Positions 58,827-64,000 of a DNA stretch of 64,000 bases are shown piece after piece; within the stretch, counting starts at the first letter, position 1, and each line of letters starts with the position of its first letter. Below the pieces are notes generated by a model. It had not been told where the DNA came from, ran no database searches, and worked only from the letters and a program-made list of their open reading frames with translations. Where the stretch lies: the NCBI GenBank assembly GCA_016204605.1, contig JACQKK010000032.1, forward strand, positions 6,361 to 70,360, given 5' to 3'. Made by a program: the position numbers and the translations under genes. The DNA is from Candidatus Lambdaproteobacteria bacterium. GTDB taxonomy: Bacteria > SAR324 > JACQKK01.

Positions 58827-58858
58827 AGGAGGAATTACGCCAAGTATTGGCACAATTC
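58827..58858. promoter_or_regulatory. Imperfect palindromic operator overlapping shared motif copy 2
   Basis: GAATT-ac-GCCAA-gta-TTGGC-ac-AATTC (58832-58858), an AT-rich patch upstream of the MobA-MoaD/aor operon. Confidence 0.5.
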
Positions 58859-58993
58859 GCAGGTTGCAGCAAACCGGGTGGGGCAAACCGGAGATCGTGC
58901 CCGCCCCGCGGTCGTCCCGCGTGATCCTCCCGCCTGCGGCGTCCTCGTGGCCAGGATCGGCCATCGGCGCACGAAATGCCAGCGGGGAACGAG

Positions 58994-59120
58994 GCGGCCT
59001 CACCCTCCCCGGCCCTCCCTCTCCGAGCGGAGAGGGAGGAAGCCCTGAAGCGGCCACCCGCGCGGGATGCCATCACCCCTCCCCACTTGGTGGGGAGGGG
59101 CAGGGGTGGGGACGCCGCGG
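58994..59120. repeat. Composite BIME-like repeat (type B + type C)
   Basis: Matches 9700-9744 in its first half and 29300-29372 in its second half. Confidence 0.85.
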
Positions 59121-59267
59121 TAGCGGCGGGGGAGAGGCTGCGGCGCCCGCCGCCCGACTCCAACAAGCTGACCCGATACCGCGCCGGTGGGCCCAGCAAT
59201 CGGTTGCGAGGCGGCAGTGCGGCCTATCGTCTTGAGATCGGTCGTCGATGCGAGCGGATTCGGCGCC

Positions 59268-59861
59268 TCACCCGCCCAGCGCACGCTGCACGAGCGCGGT
59301 GGCGCTTGCGGACAGGGGCAGGGCCAGGGCGGCCTGCTGGCCCAGGGCGGACATCTTGCGCCAGGTCTTGCGCAGGATGTCCACAGTCTTGGCCTCGTCG
59401 TGGCGGGCGGCGAACGGCTCGAAGTAGTGCTCGAGGAACACGAGGCACGCCACGTCCTCGAGCAGTTGCACGTCGGCATCGAGCTTGAGGCGCTCCTTGC
59501 GGAGCATGGACTGCACCCGGGCCACGAACACCTCGTCGTACCCCACCTGGAGGAGAATGGCTCCCGCCCGCTCCGCGTGGTAGCGGGCCAGCGCCGTGCG
59601 CCACTGGTGGTAGCCCTTCCGTCCCTCGGGGTAGCGCTCGCGGGGAATGACCCAGCGCTGGAGATGCTGGGCGCGCGCCGCCAGCCGCAGCGCCTCGGAA
59701 GGCTCCGGCACGAGCTGCGCCAGCCGCTGCGACATGCGCTCCCCATACACGAGGGCGGAAGGGCGGGGCTGCCCTGCCACGAGCTCGGTGTTCGGGTCCT
59801 CGGCGTTGGCTGCGTCGATCAGGCGTAGGGCCGCCGCCGGCCGATCCGCACTGTCGGTCAT
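59268..59861 (-). CDS. DUF4202-like protein
   Basis: IDAANAEDP, YGERM, LAARAQHLQRW..PR..YP.GR.GY..WR, Q.LED.ACLVFL. Confidence 0.8.
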   Translation of the reverse strand: MTDSADRPAAALRLIDAANAEDPNTELVAGQPRPSALVYGERMSQRLAQLVPEPSEALRLAARAQHLQRWVIPRERYPEGRKGYHQWRTALARYHAERAGAILLQVGYDEVFVARVQSMLRKERLKLDADVQLLEDVACLVFLEHYFEPFAARHDEAKTVDILRKTWRKMSALGQQAALALPLSASATALVQRALGG

Positions 59862-59877
59862 GGCCGCACCCCCGCCC

Positions 59878-60489
59878 TCAGGTGGCTGCCTGGGCCGAGG
59901 GGCTCGGCGCCCAGCCCTGCGGGATGGTGAGCACCGCATCGAGGGGCACCTGCGCCCGGAGGGTCACATGGAACAGCTCCCGCGGATCGGCGTGGTGCTC
60001 CAGCTCGAGCCCTGCGACCCCGAGGTTCTCGCGGAAGAACCCGCGCAGCTCGGGCTCCAGCGCCCGGAAGGTCTCGGGCGTGTTGGGCGCCAGCAGCCGG
60101 TCGTTGATGCGCAGCTCAAGCTCCCCGCGGTTGAAGCGCAGGGGCTCGGGCAGGGTGGGCTCCTGCTCCAGCCGCTCGCGGGCCTGGCCGAGCGCCCGCA
60201 GCCCGGTCGCCAGTTGCGCGGCCAGGCCGCCGGGCAGCGCGACCTTGCGCGTGTAGCGCAGCCCTGGGCGCCCACCGGTCAAGTCCAGGCCGTAGTTGGC
60301 CTCGTGGCCGATCACCAGCAGGCCGGGACCCCCGGCCAGGTGGCGGTAGTCCGCCACGTCGATCAGCAGCTCCTCGGCCACCTGTTCCCGCACCCAGCGG
60401 TGGAAGACGGGGATCAGCGCCTCCAGCGGCAGGTCGGCCGGCTGCGCCAGCGGCAGCTTGAGATCGAGATGTTGCATTTCCATGGGCAT
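59878..60489 (-). CDS. Conserved hypothetical protein downstream of the sulfite/nitrite reductase
   Basis: IPVFHRW, LLIDVADYRH..GPG...IGHE, RINDRL.APN; RBS gaggag. Confidence 0.7.
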   Translation of the reverse strand: MPMEMQHLDLKLPLAQPADLPLEALIPVFHRWVREQVAEELLIDVADYRHLAGGPGLLVIGHEANYGLDLTGGRPGLRYTRKVALPGGLAAQLATGLRALGQARERLEQEPTLPEPLRFNRGELELRINDRLLAPNTPETFRALEPELRGFFRENLGVAGLELEHHADPRELFHVTLRAQVPLDAVLTIPQGWAPSPSAQAAT

Positions 60490-60533
60490 CTCCTCAGGGG
60501 GAAGGCATTCGCGCACGGGCCCGGCAGACGCGC

Positions 60534-62783
60534 TCAACGCACGACCAGTCGGTTGTAATAGCTGTGCGCCGCCTCCACGAACAGTTGGGCCTCTTCGATG
60601 AGATGGTGTGCCGCCTCGGCCGAGCGCGGCTCGCCCGCATGGGCGTGGGCGGCGAAGAGGTAGTGGGCGAACTTCCCGCCGGCGAACGGATCGTGGAACT
60701 TCTCCGTGGCGAACAGGCGCTCGCGGAACTCGGTCACGATGCGGTCGCCCTCGGCGGGCGGCGGGTCCAGCTCCGTGCGCAGCACCGAGGCCGCGGCGGT
60801 CATCATGGCGCCATAGGCCTTCTGCCCGGCCTCGGGCGTCCGCCCCTGCTCGAGGGCGAGCTGGGCCTCGAACACCTCGCGCTCGGCGGCCGAGAGGCCG
60901 AACTCGACCAGGGTCACCACCTCGCCGGCGCACTCGCCCACGCCGATGTCCTCGATGCTGTACTCGCGCGCGTCGCCCCAATCCCGGAAGAACGAGCGCT
61001 CGCTCGCGTCGGCGGGGGCGGCGGTCAGGTCATCGAGCAGCGCCTTGATGCGGGCCTTGCCCACCCGCTGCACGAACGCCTGGAAGGTCTCGCCCTGCCG
61101 GCGTTCGGCGACGAAGCAGCGGGTGATGCGGCTCACGGCATCGGGGACCCGCTTGCTCGGGATCGCCACGATCGGCAGGCCGAACTCGGCCGCGTTCCTG
61201 CTCCACTCCCCGCCCAGCACCACCTGGAAGTGCGGCACCCGGTAACCGGCCAGCTTGCGGCTCACCCCGTAGAACCCCAGGTCCGCGATATGGTGCTGGC
61301 CGCAACTGTTGAAGCAGCCGCTGATCTTGATGTGCAGGCTACGCACGGCCTCGTCCATCTCCAGCGCCGTTTCGGCCAGCCGCCGCCGCAGCTCGCCGGC
61401 CAGGCCGCGCGAGGAGGAGATGCCCAGCTTGCAGGTGTCGGTGCCGGGGCAGGCCACGATGTCGAGGATGGTGCCCGCGCTGGCCTCGCCCAGCCCCAGC
61501 GCCGCGAGGTCGGCATACAGCGCCGGCAGGTCGCGCGTGCTGACCCAGCGCAGGATGATGTTCTGCTCGACCGTCGTGCGCACGGTGCCGCGCGTGTAGC
61601 GGCGGGCGAGATCGGCCAGGGTGCGCGCCTGGCGCGGCGTGAGATCGCCGAGCGGCAGCGCCACCGTCGCCACGGCGTAGCCCTGCTGGCGCTGCAAGCG
61701 CACGTTCGCGGCGGCCCAGCGCTGGTAGGGCACCGCGCCGGCGGGCACGCGCAGCGGGCCGGGCGGATTCAGCGGCCCCTCCTCCCCGGCGAGCGCCTCC
61801 GCGATGTAGCCGTGCCAGCGCGGGTCGAAGGCGAGCGTCGCGCGCTCCTCCCGCACCAGGTCGCGGAACTTCTCGATGCCGAGGTCCTTGATGAGGAACT
61901 TGATGCGCGCCCGGTTGCGGTTCTTCTTCTCGCCCAGGCGGGCGAACACCCGCGCGATGGCCTGGGCCGTGGGCAGCAGCTCCTCCGGAGCGACAAACTC
62001 CTCGAGCAGCTTGGCCTTGTGCGGCACCGCGCCCAGCCCGCCGCCCACGTACATCTCGAAGCCGCGCTGCAGCGCGCCGTTACCCCCACGGGTAACCGCG
62101 ATCAGCCCCAGGTCGTGCATCGAGGTCAGCCCGCACGCCTCGTCCCGGCAGCCGCTGAAGGCGGGCTTGAACTTGCGCCCGAAATCCTGGCAGTCGGGAT
62201 GGCCGAGCAGGAAGCGCGAGAGGGCGCGGGCGTAGGGCGTCACGTCGAAGGCCTCTCCCGCGCACACCCCCGCGTAGGGGCAGGCGGTCACGTTGCGCAC
62301 AACGTTGCCGCACGCCTCGCGGGTGGTGATCCCGACCGCGGCCAGGCGGCGCATCAGGGTCGGCGTGTCGTCGAGGTGCACGAAGTGGAGCTGGAAGTCC
62401 TGGCGCGTGGTGACGTGGAGCACGCCGTCAGCGTACTCCTCGGCGAGCGCCGCGAGCGTCTCGAGCTGCTCGGGGTTGAGCCCGCCGAACGGCACCTTGA
62501 TGCGCTGCATGCCCGGGGCGTCCCAGAGGGTGTTCGGCCCCTTGGTGAGGGCGCCGGAGGGGTACTCCAGCCGCCGCACCTTCTCGCCGTCGTGGCGCTG
62601 CCCGTTGTCGTAGCGCTGGCCGTAGACGCCCCGCCGCAGCCGGGTCTCGGCCAGGATACGGTCTTCCAGCTTGCCCTGGCGCTTCAGCTCGAGCTCGAGC
62701 TCGAAGGCGTCGATCTCCTGCGCCAGATCGGCCGCAAGCCGCCCGGCCAGCGTTTCCTTCCACAGTGCGTTCGAGGCTTTCAT
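60534..62783 (-). CDS. Siroheme nitrite/sulfite reductase with C-terminal HEPN-like extension
   Basis: RL.RGVYGQR, HVTTRQDFQLH, REACGN, ACPGTDTCKLG, SGCFNSCGQH siroheme-[4Fe-4S] ligands. Confidence 0.92.
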   Translation of the reverse strand: MKASNALWKETLAGRLAADLAQEIDAFELELELKRQGKLEDRILAETRLRRGVYGQRYDNGQRHDGEKVRRLEYPSGALTKGPNTLWDAPGMQRIKVPFGGLNPEQLETLAALAEEYADGVLHVTTRQDFQLHFVHLDDTPTLMRRLAAVGITTREACGNVVRNVTACPYAGVCAGEAFDVTPYARALSRFLLGHPDCQDFGRKFKPAFSGCRDEACGLTSMHDLGLIAVTRGGNGALQRGFEMYVGGGLGAVPHKAKLLEEFVAPEELLPTAQAIARVFARLGEKKNRNRARIKFLIKDLGIEKFRDLVREERATLAFDPRWHGYIAEALAGEEGPLNPPGPLRVPAGAVPYQRWAAANVRLQRQQGYAVATVALPLGDLTPRQARTLADLARRYTRGTVRTTVEQNIILRWVSTRDLPALYADLAALGLGEASAGTILDIVACPGTDTCKLGISSSRGLAGELRRRLAETALEMDEAVRSLHIKISGCFNSCGQHHIADLGFYGVSRKLAGYRVPHFQVVLGGEWSRNAAEFGLPIVAIPSKRVPDAVSRITRCFVAERRQGETFQAFVQRVGKARIKALLDDLTAAPADASERSFFRDWGDAREYSIEDIGVGECAGEVVTLVEFGLSAAEREVFEAQLALEQGRTPEAGQKAYGAMMTAAASVLRTELDPPPAEGDRIVTEFRERLFATEKFHDPFAGGKFAHYLFAAHAHAGEPRSAEAAHHLIEEAQLFVEAAHSYYNRLVVR

Positions 62784-62867
62784 GCGCTGATGTTCTCCGT
62801 GCGTGGTGCTGGTTGCCGTGCCCGGTGGCTGTCCGAGCGCCGTGCGGTGTCGCCGTCGCGATGCCAG

Positions 62868-63605
62868 TCACGCCGTGTTCGCCGCGATCGTGTCGATGGC
62901 GGGGCCTTCGGATCGGCCGGCCGACCCTGCCGCCGGCCCCACTTCCGACGCCGTTTCCGTGTGGTCTCGCGCGGTACCCGCGCCCGGGGCGCGCTCCCTC
63001 CCCTCGCCATCCCGCCCGGTGGCGAGCAGGTACCTCGCCTTCACCCCGGCGATCAGCGCCGCCAGCGCCTCGCGCCGCGCGGCAGGGTCGAGCTCCCGAC
63101 GCAGCCTCCGGCGCAGTGCGACCAGCGCGGCGTGCAGTTCCGCGTCGCCCGGGGGCAGCCAGGCGTCGAGGCACTCCCTGAGGGCGCGCGCCAGTCCGGG
63201 GAAGGCCCCGCCGGTCGAAAGCGCCAGGGTCGCCGCAGGGTGGCGCACGACGGCCGGCGTGTAGAAAGCGCAGTGGTCGGGGTCGTCCACGGCGTTGGCG
63301 AGGATGCCGCGCGCCTCCGCCTCCGCCACGATGCGGTGGTTGAGCGCCCCATCGTCGGTGGCCGCGAACACCAGCGCCGCCCCCGTCAGGTCCTCGGGGC
63401 AGTACGCCCGCCGCGCGACGGTGATCCGGCCCGCCTCGGCCGCCGCGAGCAGCGCCGGGTCGAGCGCGGGGGCGACCACCCGTACGCGGGCGCCGGTGGC
63501 GTCGAGCGTCCGCGCCTTCTGCAGCGCGAGGGCACCCCCGCCCACGATCAGCACCGGCCTATCGCGCAGCTTCAGAAAGACCGGATACAGCTCGGACGTC
63601 GGCAT
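62868..63605 (-). CDS. Precorrin-2 dehydrogenase / sirohydrochlorin ferrochelatase (CysG N-terminal, Met8-like)
   Basis: YPVFLKL, VLIVGGG..A..K, VFAATDD..LN, NAVDDP..C.FYTPA, ALSTGG..P.LA. Confidence 0.9.
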   Translation of the reverse strand: MPTSELYPVFLKLRDRPVLIVGGGALALQKARTLDATGARVRVVAPALDPALLAAAEAGRITVARRAYCPEDLTGAALVFAATDDGALNHRIVAEAEARGILANAVDDPDHCAFYTPAVVRHPAATLALSTGGAFPGLARALRECLDAWLPPGDAELHAALVALRRRLRRELDPAARREALAALIAGVKARYLLATGRDGEGRERAPGAGTARDHTETASEVGPAAGSAGRSEGPAIDTIAANTA

Positions 63606-64000
63606 GAAGCCCTCCCGCCATCGGGTTCAGATCCTCCAGCAGCGCCACGGACGGACCGACGATCACCAGGGCCGGCCCCGCGCCGAGCGGCGGCAGGGGG
63701 TTCCGCGCCACCTCCCCCAGCCGGCGCGCGTGCACCGCCTGGCCGGGCAGGCTCGCCGATTCGACCACGGCGACTCCCAGGGCCGGGTCGGCGCCGTGCG
63801 CCAGCAGCCGCGCGACGATCGCCTCGACGCTGCGCTTGGCCATGTAGAACACCCACGTGCCGCCCTGGCCCACCAGCGCGTCCCAGCGGATGCGCTCGAG
63901 ATACGGGCCGAAGCCGTTCAGGGCCGTGCAGGCGTTGCTCAGCCCGCGGTGGGTGAGCGGAATGCCTGCACCCGCCGCGGCGGCGCTCATGGCGCTCACC
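63559..64000 (-). CDS. cobA: Uroporphyrinogen-III C-methyltransferase, 5' part outside the window
   Basis: AAAGAGIPLTHRG, T.VFYM, VAVVESASLP.Q, PALVIVG.SV. Confidence 0.88.
   Translation of the reverse strand, partial: VSAMSAAAAGAGIPLTHRGLSNACTALNGFGPYLERIRWDALVGQGGTWVFYMAKRSVEAIVARLLAHGADPALGVAVVESASLPGQAVHARRLGEVARNPLPPLGAGPALVIVGPSVALLEDLNPMAGGLHADVRAVSGLSEAAR

Noticed and set aside
63559-63605. Frameshifted fused cysG
   Set aside because: Gene order is methyltransferase then dehydrogenase, each appears to end or start normally, and the second has its own RBS (ggagg) and ATG; a 47-nt overlap is sufficient explanation.

Overview
High-GC bacterial chromosomal window from a probable diderm (two outer-membrane-like proteins, Tat substrates). 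I found no tRNA, rRNA, CRISPR array, transposase or integrase. The left part (1-30.6 kb) is a catabolic/redox region: two family-5 ABC solute-binding proteins and a Dpp/Opp-type permease/ATPase set, a UGSC-motif selenoprotein split by an in-frame UGA (with a SECIS-like hairpin 11 nt downstream), two paralogues of its uncharacterised partner protein, MmgE/PrpD, a BadI-like crotonase, family-III CoA transferases, an LLM oxidoreductase, an M20 amidohydrolase, four CMD/AhpD-like proteins (three are tandem paralogues) and an FMN alpha-hydroxy-acid oxidase. Two visibly lower-GC islets carry a lone ClpP-like gene and an Xre/MbcA-RES toxin-antitoxin pair placed directly before leuCD. The middle has leuC/leuD, a GH84 O-GlcNAcase-like gene, gpmI and a PurO-like IMP cyclohydrolase. 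The right part (40-64 kb, all minus strand) is a Mo/W and siroheme redox block: an Fe-S/molybdopterin fusion enzyme with a His-rich membrane partner, a Tat-exported Cys-type formate dehydrogenase operon with unusual accessory genes, a tungsten-type aldehyde oxidoreductase with a MobA-like/MoaD fusion, and a sulfite/nitrite reductase with siroheme synthesis genes. A family of REP/BIME-like G/C-rich palindromes recurs in intergenic spaces. All family calls come from motif recognition by eye; no database search was run.
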